A DNA stretch of 63,986 nt, filler included, from 5 parts of 5 records of this genome joined end to end with filler, not necessarily neighbours in it, one strand, 5' to 3'; numbered from the whole stretch's first letter, positions 23,001-35,418 are shown. Numbers and translations: made by a program. The notes: generated by a model not told the origin, from the letters alone.

Positions 23001-26000
23001 AATCGGCCGCCAATGACAGAACCTGCGCATTGTAGTTTATCATTGTTAGCTTGGTATTGTACCGGGCAGTCAAGCAATTTGCGCACACGGAAATGCCGCA
23101 CCTTCTGATTGGCGCGCTAAGAGCAAACTTGTTTCCATCAGAGGCCCCAGGAAATGTTGTGCCCACGGACGCAACTCGAGAGCGCAATTGGAAATAGCGT
23201 GCCCCAAAAAGCAGCGCAATGCAACTGGCGAATTGCTGCTACCCAGGTGCCGGACAATATCTTTTAGGAAGCCTGGGACAGGACTCGCATCTTTGTCTGA
23301 AGAAGTTTTCTCGGGAGGAAACCGTTTCAGCATTTGTTTGATCGCCACAACCAACACGTGCATTGAAGCGTGACCATTGAGACTGTCAACTTCGAGCACA
23401 AACACAGAATCGTCGTCGCTGGTACCATCATCGCCATACCCTGTAGATGCATCTCGAGTGTTCGAAATGTCAGAATCATCATTTTTTGGAGTGCTTGTGC
23501 CGACGTCATTGGGCTTGGCCTTGCGATGAAAGTCATCATCGATATCCGCTCGCTCGGCGATGCGCAAAATCCCCATGGATGAAAATGACCTCGAAAGACT
23601 ACTGCCTTGCAATGCAACTGACGATACTTCTGCAAGTGCATCGCTGCCCACCTCCTTCGCTTCAACTGTTCCACCATCCGACGACATTGAAGTGTTAAGA
23701 CCGTCAGGCTTTCCATTGAGACCCGCATACGATGAGCCTTCCTGAGCCTCAAGCGCGAAATCCGACTCAAATCCAAAACGGCGCACGTCGTCAATGCTTC
23801 GCTTGTTGCACGGTGCTGCCGACAGGCGATTGATCAGAGAAACGCGAGGGAATTCGCGGTCGGGCCGCAAATCCAACCCATGCGTTTCGTCGACCAAATT
23901 GGTCCACAAGCATTCTCCCTTCTTTGCGTTTTCGAGGAACAGCAAGCCCGTGAAAATTTTCGGGCTGTCTTGCGTTGCGGCAACGACCGCCACAAGACAA
24001 TTGAACGCTGCAGAGCAGTACAATGCTCTCGATGTTGGGTCATCATCCGGTCGAGAGGTGACCGCTGCTTTTCGTGTGGCCATGCAAAGCGCTTTCGTCA
24101 ACTCAGACCCAGTCTACGAACGCATAACAAAAAGTGGCAAATCGTTAGTACAATGCCGACAAATGAAAAACACCCGGCGCTGTGTTGTGCACACCTAAAG
24201 CTACCGACACAAAAGCGCACACACCTGCTTTGATGCTGGCCCGCAGTAAGCAGCGTTGAGGTTGCCTTTAATCGAATCTCTTGGGAGGGCACACACTGAC
24301 ATTTGCAGCAACGAGAACGCAGCGGCCTTTTTCCATGCATTGGCTGGCGCAGGGGTGCCGGCAGCGTGCACAGGCAGCGCTGCGAGTATTTCTGCCATTA
24401 GAGCCTGAAGAACGTTCTTCTGACTTTGTTGCGAACCTTTGTCATCGGCACGGGCAAGCAATAACCCTTCCACATCGGCGACATCTGTAGCGCTGCTTCT
24501 GCGTGAATTGAAACATGCCCCAAAAAGTGGCACACATATACCCATTATGATGTGCTCACTCAGGCCAGGATCTGCTTGATCATCTTGAAAGTATCGAAAA
24601 AGATGACGCCACGTTGACAATGCGTTCGAACGATGCCCTACGCACAGCGCATTCGAACCCCGAGTTCAAAGCAAATCTAGTTCAGAACACGTCTACAAGC
24701 ATTGACGAAACGGCCAAATGTTAACACCAATTCCAAGCAGCTGCAGGGCAAAACTTACGAAGGTCGGAAAGCCCAACAATGTAGGCCGACAATCCCCGAT
24801 CAATATTGCGTGCATAGGCATGTTTTGGGCCCTCGCGGAGCGTTGGGAGCAAAAGATCGAGAACCAACGCACTCTTTGACTCCGCCAACAGTGCAAGCAG
24901 TGCGGCGAGCAGAGACTCGAAATCTGCAGATCGTGGATCTGTTGTTGGCAAAGCCGTCGAAGGGCTCGGGAAGTGTTGCAGAACAAGCATTTTGAGTGCT
25001 GCGATGACCGGCTTCAAGTTGTCAACTTCCACCGTCGGAACGCCGGCATAATTGCACGCGTTGCTGGCCGCTAAGAGAGGAGGCAAAATTGTCGTAATGA
25101 TCCCCACTTTTGTATGTACCTGTAGACATCCCCACCAAAACTTCCCGCTCACGCGATCTTTTACATTCACGGCAACGCAGGCGATGGAAACTGACTTACC
25201 GGAATCCAAGGTCCAAGTAATGACGTAACAGCCGCAATGGCGGACTGACTACAAGCGAAGGTGCTCGGACTCAGTGCCGCAAGCTTGGCAAGACAGTCAA
25301 GCACAAACTCGATGCGTGGGCTATTGCCGCCGGTGGGACTATTCTCCATTGTGGTAAGCCACTCACGAAAAACGCCGCCAAGCGTAATCTGGTCTGCCCT
25401 GGTGGCAGTGTTATCATCAGTTCCTGCATGAGCATTAGAAAAGTCAGGTGAGTTCCAAGCTCAGTGTCTACAGAGCAACAGGCAACCATTGCACCTAAAC
25501 AAACCTTCAAACACAACGCGGACAAACGCCGTCCGAAGTTCCGGCCGGCGTGCTTGCATGTTGATAACCACCCCATCAAACAGTGTACACAGTAATTGAC
25601 CGCGGCCACAGTCAAAAGCACGCGCAAATTCTGTGGCGAAGGACGCCGCGATCAATTCAAACTTCGAGGTAAAGACAGAAATAAGAAGCGGTTCTGCGAT
25701 GCGGAAAAAGTCAGTGGCAACGGATACAGCAACATCCACAAATCGGTCGTCGCCGGGAACGTGGTTGAGCAAATGATGTTGGCTCAATACGCTTGAAGCA
25801 GATTGCGATTGTGAGGCAGGAGCCTGACCAACACAAATTTGGGACAGAATCTATGAGCTTCTCAATCACTATTGCACATCAGCCTAAAAGCGTGGGCAGC
25901 CTACGTACAATAAAACTGAGGCTATAGCTGGCGTCTGGGAGCCCACCGCCGCCAGCCGTTCCTCCGCGTCGATATGACTCATCGCCTCCAGTCGCTGCCT

Positions 26001-29000
26001 CAAAAAGCGACCCAGCGCCGGTTAAGTGCCATCCAAAACCAACAGCAATTTTCGTGAGCTGAACCAGAGCTGCCCGAAGTGAAGGGTTGGCGGTAACATC
26101 AGCCGCAGCAATCGCGCGTAAAACAAAACGTCCCAGCAATGGTGCAAGGTCGTGCAACGAAGATGGCATGTCCCCAAGTCCGCCTTCATCATCCAAGAGG
26201 GGTTTGTCCATCGCAAGGATATTGCTGTGGCAGAGAAGTCGCAGGGACTTGAGTGTGGGAATAAGGCTGCGACAGGCGGCAAGGTATCGAGAAGAGGTTG
26301 AAAGAGAGAGCGGACCGACGTCGCCATCTCCATCACGACCAGCGAGTGCATTATCCACAAGCCCAGAATCAAGATTGTCGGCACAATTCCAGACAGGGGC
26401 TAGCGCCGAAGAAGTGTCGTTGACATGAAGGCGAAGAATTTGTCCCAATACCTCCCACACACCATTGTGAAAAGCAGGGTCGTTGTTGGCAGATATAACT
26501 TGGTGAAGTTGCTGGCACAACGTGAAGCAAACTTCACTCAGGGTTCGAGAGCTTGTTGCTGCGCCAAGTGAAGCGCCGACGACGCGTGCACGAGCCAATC
26601 GCTGCATTGCCCCACGTGTCCTGCCGTCAACTCGGTACAGGCAAAACACTTGCGCAAATAGTATTTTGTAAAACTGCGCCCCGAAAATGTTGTCCAGCAA
26701 ATATGTGCTTGTACATTCGCCGCCGTATTGCAAAGCCGTGGACAAAAGCTCGAGAACTGACTGCAAACAAGCAGCCCACGCTACGTTTTTCGCACTCGCA
26801 AGACGCACTGCGTCCAGGCGTAGTGACGTGTTGAGAATATCTTCATTCGAAACATCCGGCGATGGCGCTAACCCATCTGCAGTTTGGTCGTAGGCTGCGA
26901 AGAACTCAAGCATTTGCGACGCAAGTGCAGTGACACCCTGTGGTGCATCTTTCGGCTGCGAGGAGCGCGAACGCTTCTGTGGAGTACCGGTCTCGTCTAC
27001 AAGGACACTTGAGACGAATGTGTCTTGCTTAATCAATTGCTTTGCGAGCAACCACGCAACATAGTCGCACCGAGCACTGAGCAATTGAACATAGCTCGTA
27101 TCTCTCGAACTCTCGCTTCCCTGAAGCGGCGATGGCACCTCAACGTCAGATGATTTCGTCGCAGCTTCAACCAGCTCGGTGTTGAGATGCGAAGACACCT
27201 CGGCGTGTTCGTGGCTCAAGGATTTAAGGAGTGCTTGCACGACTTTTTGAACTACACGGCGGCAGAAATAGTTCGCACTCTGGCAGCGTGCAACGAGCCA
27301 GCTTCCCAGCTCACGCACTCCGCCTTTGAATCTTTGACGAGTCGAGTCTTGTTTGACCAATTCGCGAAGATTCTGCGGCATCCCAACGATGTGCACGTAC
27401 ACTTGCACGGCCTTCCATAGTTGACGAACGCCATGGCGGTCTGTTGTCAGTTCAAGGGCAATCACTAGAGTTTGGAGCACATGTAAAACCTGGTTTTGAA
27501 CACCAAACGCGAGGTGGGCCAATGAAAAGCTTCTCCAGCAGCAACGACAAGCCCGGCATCAAATCGTTGCTGCAAGCAGGCACCCTTGGGTTTCGAACCT
27601 CGCAATTTAGGAGCACCGCATCTGCTTGGAGAAACTTGCGAAGGCGCCAAATGGCAACAACAGCGCCAGCTCGCTTTTGTGGCGATGGGTGGCGAGCCAT
27701 CGCCAGAATACGGTGCAGTGAATTTGACGACCCGCCTTCGTTTGCGGACTGCTTCGAGATCCAGTTGAACAGCTCCACGAGGGCATCAGCGCAGACAGTG
27801 CGGAGGCTTGACTGAACAGCGTCCCCCAAACCCTCGCAAAGTGTTTCGAAAAGGACTCCTGCTGAGTCTTTTAAGAAAGTCGATGATTGCGCTTTGTTCC
27901 GTGTTCCGCTTGCATCCATCAGCGCAGCTTTGGACGAGCCTTGGCTTAGCCAGCGTGCAAATTGCAACACTAAAGGGTACATTAGACGCCGAACGAACCC
28001 ATCAGGATCGGCAGCTAACTTCAACAAAACTGGGAAAAGCTTACTGTACCTGCAGATCGGAAAACCGAACAAGAAAAAAGCGCTCGTTATGCAAGCCTAC
28101 ACTGCTCGCAGCAACCCTTCGCGAACCAGTGTGTTTGAACCAGTCGAACCAAAGAGTTGGTTCACGAACAGTTCTTCAAAGCTGCAGTGGTGCTGGTTTT
28201 CGAGGCCACAAGAGATGCATGCCAGCGCATGAAGGAGCTCACACGAAGCGTGCTTTGTGTCACGATCCGAAGACTGCAGCGCCATTTCCGAAACTCGCGG
28301 TAACAATTTATCCACACGCAGCGACACTGACTCCCCTGAGCTTGAGCAATTTGTACTGAGCCCAACGTCAATCGAAACGGCATGCGCGGGCAACGATGGA
28401 GCCCACGAGAGGCCGTGGCCATCCTGTAGCACTTCGCGAAGCGGTTTCAACAACATGTGACTTCGCCCACCAAGATGGCCTAAGAAACGAATAATACGAT
28501 GTTGCAACTCCTCTGCGCTGCCAGCAACTTCGTGTGTGCCGCTGCCGTCATGCATGCTACTGTTCGCGGCATCGGAGGGGCCGCTTCCCATTCGCGTGCT
28601 GGTGGCAGATGCAGCATCTGCATTGCGCTTACGCTCATTGGCCAGCGACGTCTCAAACGCTTTAACATCTGCAATATCAGCAACTGAGTAGGACGCGTTT
28701 GAGCCAGCGGCATCAACGTCAGCATCCTCTGACGTTGGGGTCATTGACGACAGAACTAAGTACCTACAGAGGGTAAAACCAAATACGACGAGCATCACGC
28801 CGTTTAGTTCAACAGACAGACTGTGCATACCGTGACGGCAACACAAACAAGCCAGGCGTACCCTTGGAGCGGTGGAAGCAATGTCGACAAGCGAGCATGC
28901 AGCTGAGCTGGCTCCTCAGCGCGCAGTCGCTCTAGTGCGTCCAAAGCGGCCGTGGCTGAAGGACGATGCGTATAACCCAAACGCTGGGTCATGACAATAA

Positions 29001-30290
29001 TTTCAGAGTATTTGTCAAACCCGATGCCGTGAACAATGGGGCTTGGCAAAACCAGGATAAAAGCCAGCACAGCTGCAAGGATTTCGCCGTGCAATTCCGG
29101 CACAACCTGCGAAACACAGAGTCGAAACATTTCATCAGAATCGATTCACACAACACAGCATGTCAACTCCGCATGTCGAGTCACCCGTACGGTCATCAGA
29201 TCCAACACGAAAGTGAGAAGAGAATCTTCTGCACCCAAATCGTCCGTGAACACAGCGGTCTCCCGACGAGAGGCCTCAACTCTAGTCGAGCGGTGCGAGC
29301 GCAGCAACTGCATGCACACTCCCAACAACCGATAGAACTCGCTGATATGTGGATTTTCAGAAGACAGCGCAATAAGCTCGGAGACTAGCAGCGGAAGCCA
29401 GGCAATGGCGAGCCGTACGTCGCAAGTCTAGAGATAAAAAAACAAATCAGGCGACACAGCGAACAATTCGTTGCAACACAACTGACTGCTGACAAGAACT
29501 CAGCATTGACACGGACCTGCAGAACAGATTCCACCATGCTCACAAGATTGTGAAAAAGGGCGCAATCCTTTGGGTTCCGAGGGACACCTTTCGAATTGAT
29601 CTCCCCGATTCCATCCCCTTCCGTACTAGCATCGAACGTTAGGTCGAGGCGATGAAAGATACTCACAACGTTGCCCATGAGCTCGTTAAAAACCATTTGC
29701 AGCGATGGCAGATCGGTGACGGTCTCACCAGCATCGTTTTCGAGCTTTGAGCTGGACGTGGATGAACCCTTTGCACTGGAAGAGCCTGCGCGAGACAGGG
29801 TTTCACTCGCTTTGGGGTCACTAGTTAAAACAGTAGTCCACAGCTCCAAGTAATACGGCAGCAACCGATTGTCAGTCAGACCAGTGGATGGGTCAAATCG
29901 GCCCACCAAAGACCGCAAATCTTCGTCACTTGCACTTGAAATAGTTCGAACAAGTGCTTGAATCGTCACAGGCTTGAGAATGGCGTCCAGAGATCCGCCC
30001 TACGAACATGGAAGCAAGCTCAACAAAGAAAACACTGACGAGTACATGCGCATACACGTGCTGCCGGGGATTCGAACTCGATGGTGCAAAAGTACCTTCG
30101 TGCTAAGCGCCAGAAATACGCCCTTGAGTTCTGCTGCGAGCTTTTGACGCAGTAGGAACCGCAGTCGCGGATACACCAACACAACGGTGCTGCATATGGT
30201 GATCAAGCGGGCCAAAATGTCCGGGCGAAGATCGCGTGGGGGAAGCTAGCGCACGCACCAACTCAAAGATCAATTCCAACACCACTTAAC
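14095..30290 (-). CDS. PRKDC: DNA-dependent protein kinase catalytic subunit (PIKK family), multi-exon, 5' end truncated by contig edge
   Basis: DNA-PKcs-type motifs in order: IIRFLGHLGG, LLPRVSEMALQSSDRDTKHASCELLHAL, LFPVLLKLAADPDGFVRRLMYPLVLQFARW, RRYRIGGTFPDVQL, FLVKGGEDLRLDQRIEQLF, spliced YILGIGDRHLDNFL...IDFG, PELIPFRLT, MEVFIHEPLLDW, and FATC QVACLVEMARDPEILGRQWVGLAPWV* (TAA 14097-14095). Many short GT-AG introns; not all exon boundaries resolved. Confidence 0.93.
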
Positions 30291-30317
30291 GATTTTACCC
30301 CCCCCCCCCCCAAAAAA

Positions 30318-30417
30318 NNNNNNNNNNNNNNNNNNNNNNNNNNNNNNNNNNNNNNNNNNNNTTAATTAATTAANNNNNNNNNNNNNNNNNNNNNNNNNNN
30401 NNNNNNNNNNNNNNNNN
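30318..30417. other. Artificial contig spacer
   Basis: N44-TTAATTAATTAA-N44. Confidence 0.99.
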
Positions 30418-30963
30418 GCGGGCATCCTGAACCCAGCAATCAGAATATTCGTAGGCCTGCACGAATTTATCGTTCAGCGGTGCGCCCTCGGGCCCTTTTG
30501 AAAGATCGACGGTTGTGGTGCCTGGCAGAATTTTGCGACCACCCAAATTGTCATACATGAACAGGCCCAAGCGGATCAGCCAAGCAGGGCGGCGCCCCTT
30601 CATCCAAGGCATCACCGTGTTCAGCAGTTTCGATGTAGGCGTTTCATTTTCGAACCGCATGTCCTTGTGATACGGTAAAATGAATCGCATCGGCCAACTG
30701 ATATGCGGCATGGCGCGCAGCAGGGTTTCCCGTTCGATCAAGGATTCACGCACTAGATGAAATTCGAAGTACTCAAGATAGCGTAGCCCGCCGTGGAACA
30801 GCTTTGTCGATGCGGAAGAGGTTGCAGAAGCCAGGTCGTTCATCTCGGCCAGCGCTACAGTAAGGCCACGGCCAGACGCGTCCCGCGCAATGCCACAGCC
30901 ATTGATTCCGCCACCAATTATGAAAAGATCAAAGAAATCCGTCTTTTCTGTCACTTCGGACAT
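30418..30963 (-). CDS. glpD: Aerobic glycerol-3-phosphate dehydrogenase (N-terminal part, truncated by contig edge)
   Basis: IIGGGINGCGIARDASGRG FAD motif, SATSSASTKLFHGGLRYLE, YSDCWVQDAR. Confidence 0.95.
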
Positions 30964-31279
30964 AGGCCCCTCCCCGGGCGCTTATCGCACATCCGGAATC
31001 ATGGCAGCATTTGATCGCCAATGTAAGCCCTGTAAGTTCGATTTTTTCGTTTCTGATAGCTTTGTTCAAACATCTGTTATTATTGTGTATTATCGTCTAT
31101 AATATCGAAATTAGTCGCTTTTTTACCTATTTCACGGCCTAATTATGCGCGAAAATTTGCGTTTCTGTGCGATCTTTCTACCGAATCGAACCCCAACAAA
31201 TGGCCAGAGAAGGCGGTTCCGCCGTTGGGTGAAACATGCGACTGGATTAGAGTTATTAAGGCGGAGATTATAAAACACC

Positions 31280-32044
31280 ATGTCTCAGACGTTCCGGCAC
31301 CCTGAAATTCTCGAAATTGCCCGCCGCGAGGGGCGGGTCACGGTCGAGCGCCTAGCCGACTATTTCAGCGTCACCCAACAAACCATCCGCCGTGACCTCG
31401 CCGACCTCGCTGATTCCGGCCAACTTGAACGGGTGCATGGCGGCGCTGTCCTGCCTTCGGGGACGTCGAATATCGAATACAACGACCGGCGCGCCCTGAA
31501 CGAGGCCGCCAAAGTCGAAATTGCCAGGGCCTGCGCCGCGCGGATCCCCCCTGACTCCTCACTGTTTCTGAATATCGGCACCAGCACCGAAGCGGTCGCA
31601 CGAGAGCTGCTGCGCCACAAGAATTTGCTGGTGGTGACCAATAACCTGAACGTTGCCAATATCCTGATGGCCAATCTAGATTGCGATATCGTGGTGGCCG
31701 GCGGGTCGCTTCGCCGCTCAGACGGTGGGTTAGTGGGAAATCTGACCACACAGATCATTCGCCAGTTCAAAGTCGATCTCGCCGTGGTCGGATGTTCCGC
31801 GCTGGACGCCGATGGAGATATGCTCGACTTCGATTCTCAGGAGGTCGTGGTAAGTCAGGCCATTCTCGAACAGGCGCGCTGCACTTACCTCGTTGCCGAC
31901 TCCTCAAAATTCCAGCGGACAGCGCCGGCGCGCATCTCCTCAATGTCCGAGGTCGACACCTTCTTTACCGACGCACCGCCCCCTGCGGCTTTGATCGAAA
32001 GGTGCGAGGAGTGGGATACGGACATTGTCCTGTGCGCCTCCTGA
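31280..32044 (+). CDS. glpR: DeoR/GlpR family transcriptional repressor
   Basis: HTH 'VTQQTIRRDL', RVHGGA, LFLNIGTSTE, VVTNNLNVA, ADSSKF; divergent from glpD. Confidence 0.88.
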   Translation: MSQTFRHPEILEIARREGRVTVERLADYFSVTQQTIRRDLADLADSGQLERVHGGAVLPSGTSNIEYNDRRALNEAAKVEIARACAARIPPDSSLFLNIGTSTEAVARELLRHKNLLVVTNNLNVANILMANLDCDIVVAGGSLRRSDGGLVGNLTTQIIRQFKVDLAVVGCSALDADGDMLDFDSQEVVVSQAILEQARCTYLVADSSKFQRTAPARISSMSEVDTFFTDAPPPAALIERCEEWDTDIVLCAS

Positions 32045-32048
32045 CTCC

Positions 32049-32777
32049 CTAAAAATAGCTGCGCACCAGACTGCTGGCGATCAGCGACCAGCCGTCCGCA
32101 ATGACAAAAAATGCGAGCTTGAACGGCAATGACACGATTGCCGGCGGCACCATCATCATTCCCATCGACATCAGAACAGCAGCAACCACCAGATCAATGA
32201 TAAGAAAGGGCAAAAAGATCAGAAAGCCAATCTGAAAAGCCCGCGAAATCTCGGACAGCATGAAGCTGGGCACAAGAACTGACAGATTCGCATCCGGGCT
32301 CAAACCAGAGCCGCGGGCATCCGAGCGTAGGTCCGCGATCGCAGCGAACGTATTTGGATCAATGCGGGCAGCCATGAAGCCTCGGAACGGCTCTATTCCG
32401 CGTGTCATAGCCTCTTCCAGATCGATTTGTTCGTTCAAAAGAGGTTCGACGCCATTGGTGTATGCCGTCTGAAAAACGGGCTCCATCACGAAATAGGTGA
32501 GGAAGAGCGCAAGGCTGACAATCAGCATATTGGGCGGCGATTGCTGCAAGCCTATGGCCTGCCGCAAGATTGCAAGCACCGTGACCAGAAACGGAAAACA
32601 GGTGATCATCATGGCGATGCCGGGTGCCAGGCTCAGCAAGGTGATCAGGGCGATCAACTGCAGACTGGTCGCAGTGACCGAACCCTCGCCCCCCAGATCC
32701 ACCGAGAATTGCTGCGCGAGGGCCGGTTGCGTTGACAGAATCAGCGCTGCAAGAACCGCGAGTAGAACTCGCCACAT
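32049..32777 (-). CDS. fliP: Flagellar export apparatus protein FliP
   Basis: LRQAIGLQQSPPN, LVPSFMLSE, AFQIGFLIFLPFLIIDLVVA, MGMMMVPP, LPFKL, DGW. Confidence 0.97.
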   Translation of the reverse strand: MWRVLLAVLAALILSTQPALAQQFSVDLGGEGSVTATSLQLIALITLLSLAPGIAMMITCFPFLVTVLAILRQAIGLQQSPPNMLIVSLALFLTYFVMEPVFQTAYTNGVEPLLNEQIDLEEAMTRGIEPFRGFMAARIDPNTFAAIADLRSDARGSGLSPDANLSVLVPSFMLSEISRAFQIGFLIFLPFLIIDLVVAAVLMSMGMMMVPPAIVSLPFKLAFFVIADGWSLIASSLVRSYF

Positions 32778-32779
32778 AA

Positions 32780-33073
32780 TCAGGAAGGTGCCTGAAAGTC
32801 GGCCACTTCGGTCAGTCGCACCGCAAGCATGCTCTGGCCATCCGCCTCGATCACTTCCAGCGCCCCGATCCCGATCAGCTGATCGCCAACGTAAAGTTCG
32901 ACGGGATCGTCAATCCGCCTGTCGAGTGTCAAGACCGACCCTTCGTCAAGCTTGAGAAGATCGCGCACCAAGGGACGGGCGCGGCCAACCGACACTGTGA
33001 TCTCGATCGGGACAGACGTGAAGGGCGTGGCCCCATCACTCCGCGCGGATGTTTCGCGGGTTGCGTTATCCAT
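32780..33073 (-). CDS. fliN: Flagellar motor switch protein FliN/FliM C-terminal domain
   Basis: VPIEITVSVGRARPLVRDLLKLDEGSVLTLDR...PVELYVG (SpoA domain); operon context. Confidence 0.88.
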   Translation of the reverse strand: MDNATRETSARSDGATPFTSVPIEITVSVGRARPLVRDLLKLDEGSVLTLDRRIDDPVELYVGDQLIGIGALEVIEADGQSMLAVRLTEVADFQAPS

Positions 33074-33665
33074 TTACCACCTTCTTTCGGTTTTCATGCA
33101 CAAAGCCCTGTAAGGCGGCACTGACATTGGTCAGAACCTCCGACAGGTCGATTTGCTGTTCCGTTTCTCCAAATCGGATGTCAGCCTGACCCTCTGCCAT
33201 GGTGTCGTCGCCGGACACCTCCAGAGGAAAGCCGAAATCCTGGTCTAATACGCTAGACACCGCCTCGACATTTTCCGGCGATACGACGATTTCGACAGCC
33301 AGCGCTCCGATCGCGCGGCTTTGCGCCGTCAGCTGTTCAAGTACATGCATGCCCAGCGCCTCGTGGGCGATCGGCGGCAAGACACTGCGTACAATGTCAT
33401 CAAGCAGCGGAGTCATGGCATTGAGCACCTCCGAATATGCCTCATGATAGGTGAATGACAGGTCCTGCAGGTTCTGGGCAAAGTCGCTGGAAATACGCGA
33501 TCGGTCGTCAGCCTGGGCTTTGATCGCATCATCCCAGCCCGCCCGGTAACCCTCTTCATATGCACCGGATTTCAGGGTTTCTACTTCGTCTTCGCTCATC
33601 GTATTCTGCGGAACAACAGACACGGGGGTTCCATCGAAGTCTTCGAGAAGTTCACTCAGTCGCAT
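33066..33665 (-). CDS. fliH: FliH-like flagellar assembly protein
   Basis: AYEEGYRAGWDD repeat-like motif; lies between fliF and fliN. Confidence 0.7.
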   Translation of the reverse strand: MRLSELLEDFDGTPVSVVPQNTMSEDEVETLKSGAYEEGYRAGWDDAIKAQADDRSRISSDFAQNLQDLSFTYHEAYSEVLNAMTPLLDDIVRSVLPPIAHEALGMHVLEQLTAQSRAIGALAVEIVVSPENVEAVSSVLDQDFGFPLEVSGDDTMAEGQADIRFGETEQQIDLSEVLTNVSAALQGFVHENRKKVVNG

Positions 33666-35299
33666 CAGCTTGCCTCCTCCGGTTCATCAAGCCAACTGCG
33701 CAGAATCTCAACCGTTTCGTCGCGACGCTGGTCTATCAATCCGCGAAGGCGTTCGACCGGATCATCAGATACTTCGCCAAAATCATCCATGCCCATGCCC
33801 ATGCCCATGTCTCCGAAATCGCTATTTGTACCCAACGCAGGCAAATTCCCAAAATCGTCATCCGGGTCGATCTCACCCGTCAGGAATTCGCCATCATCAT
33901 TGGCATTGCTGCCAATCGCGAGCGCCGAGCCCCCTGCAAGTGCAGGCACACCCCCCGCTGCCTTGCCGGCCAGAATCGGCCGCACGACAAAGAGCCCGAG
34001 GACGAGCGCGACCAATGCCAGTATACCCATCTGAATGAGCGACAGCGGATCCAAGTTAGATGTCAGCCAATCCGGTGCTAACGCTTCGGTGCCTAGCCCT
34101 TCGGGTCTGTCAAACGGTAGCGAGCGGATGGTAATTGCATCACCGCGCTGCTCTTCAAAGCCGACAGCCGAAGCGACCAGATCCCGCAGCGCCGTCAGCT
34201 CTGCTTCCGGGAGTGGCACAAAAGAAAGTACACCCGCGTCGTTAGGCGAAAAGGTGCCATTCACCAGAACAGCCACCGTCAATCGCTTTATTGTTCCGGC
34301 AGCCCGCGTGATTTCGCGGGTGGTTTCGGACACTTCATAGTTCACGCGTTCGCGGGTTTCGCTGTTCTGGCTGGTTGAATTATCACCGCCCTCACCAGCA
34401 CCTGTAGGAAGATTTGACGCCACCGTGACATCGTTGCCGCCACTGTCCTGCGACTGGCTGGACCGTTCCTCTGTATCCGAACTGATCACTACCCGAGTAT
34501 CCGGGTCAAAGCTGCGCTCAAAAATCGATTCGCTTTGCGTATCCGTGTCGACGCTAACCTCTACCACGGCATTGCCCGATCCAACGCGCGCCTCGACCAG
34601 CCGCTGCACACGATCACGCAACTGATCTGCCTTATCATCGGCGGCCCCACCGGGTGTGCTATCGTCGTCGGAGCCGATAAGTTCACCCTGACCGTCGATT
34701 ACGGTCACGTCTTCGGGTACCAGCCCCGGCACGGCAGATGCGACCAGATGCTTCAGTGCCCGTGCCTGGGTCGTTGACAAAATGCTGCCAGTGGAGGTGA
34801 CCGATACCGAAGCCGACGGTGTCACATCACGCTGGAACGGATTTGCGGAACTGTTGGCAATGTGCACACGCGCCTGAGTAATCTGAGGCATTGAAACGAT
34901 GGTGCGCGCAAGCTCGCCTTCTTTGGCGCGCCAATAGGCAGCATCGAACATCTGCGAGGTTGTGCCGAATCCAGACAAACTATCGAGCAACTCATAGCCG
35001 CGATTGTTGTTGGCCGGCAGGCCCTCGCTTGCCAGAGTCATGCGGAGGGCATCGCGATCCTCACTGGGCACAAAAATCGAACCGCCGCGGACGTTATATG
35101 TCACTCCGGCCTGTTCCAACGCGCTCACCACCTCTCCGGCAGCACCCGATTCGAGCCCCGAGTAGAGCAGTACCATGTTGGGAGTACTTGCCATGCGTGA
35201 CATAGCGAGTACGGCTGCGAACATGGCAAGGCTTGCGCCTATGACCATGATCCGACGCTGCGCGCTGAGAGCGTTCCAGACTGTCAGGATCTGTTGCAA
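33665..35299 (-). CDS. fliF: Flagellar M-ring protein FliF
   Basis: Two TM segments, GYELLD, GFGTT, RAKEGELARTI, ARVHI, VASAVPGL, NYEVSET, KRLTVAVLVNG. Confidence 0.96.
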   Translation of the reverse strand: MQQILTVWNALSAQRRIMVIGASLAMFAAVLAMSRMASTPNMVLLYSGLESGAAGEVVSALEQAGVTYNVRGGSIFVPSEDRDALRMTLASEGLPANNNRGYELLDSLSGFGTTSQMFDAAYWRAKEGELARTIVSMPQITQARVHIANSSANPFQRDVTPSASVSVTSTGSILSTTQARALKHLVASAVPGLVPEDVTVIDGQGELIGSDDDSTPGGAADDKADQLRDRVQRLVEARVGSGNAVVEVSVDTDTQSESIFERSFDPDTRVVISSDTEERSSQSQDSGGNDVTVASNLPTGAGEGGDNSTSQNSETRERVNYEVSETTREITRAAGTIKRLTVAVLVNGTFSPNDAGVLSFVPLPEAELTALRDLVASAVGFEEQRGDAITIRSLPFDRPEGLGTEALAPDWLTSNLDPLSLIQMGILALVALVLGLFVVRPILAGKAAGGVPALAGGSALAIGSNANDDGEFLTGEIDPDDDFGNLPALGTNSDFGDMGMGMGMDDFGEVSDDPVERLRGLIDQRRDETVEILRSWLDEPEEAS

Positions 35300-35359
35300 T
35301 AGCTATCTCCGATCAGATGAATTCTTCTTCCGTTCGAAGGCATCATTGGCGCATCAGAC

Positions 35360-35374
35360 TTAACAATCAGTTAG
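35360..35374. promoter_or_regulatory. Putative CtrA-binding site in the fliF/fliL divergent promoter
   Basis: TTAA-CAATCAG-TTAG matches TTAA-N7-TTAA with one mismatch. Confidence 0.6.
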
Positions 35375-35418
35375 TTCCTGTCGGCCTATAAAGGCCTAGA
35401 CCACAGAAAGGGTTGAGA

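Noticed and set aside
14302-29969. Many medium-sized minus-strand ORFs read as separate genes or a frameshifted pseudogene
   Set aside because: They are exons of one DNA-PKcs gene; the junctions checked in the kinase domain splice cleanly at GT-AG, so no alternative genetic code is needed.
30298-30317. Poly-C/poly-A run at contig end
   Set aside because: Likely an intronic homopolymer that broke the assembly; not telomeric.
31030-31110. TTCG direct repeats as GlpR operators
   Set aside because: Plausible but too short and degenerate to call without a position weight matrix.
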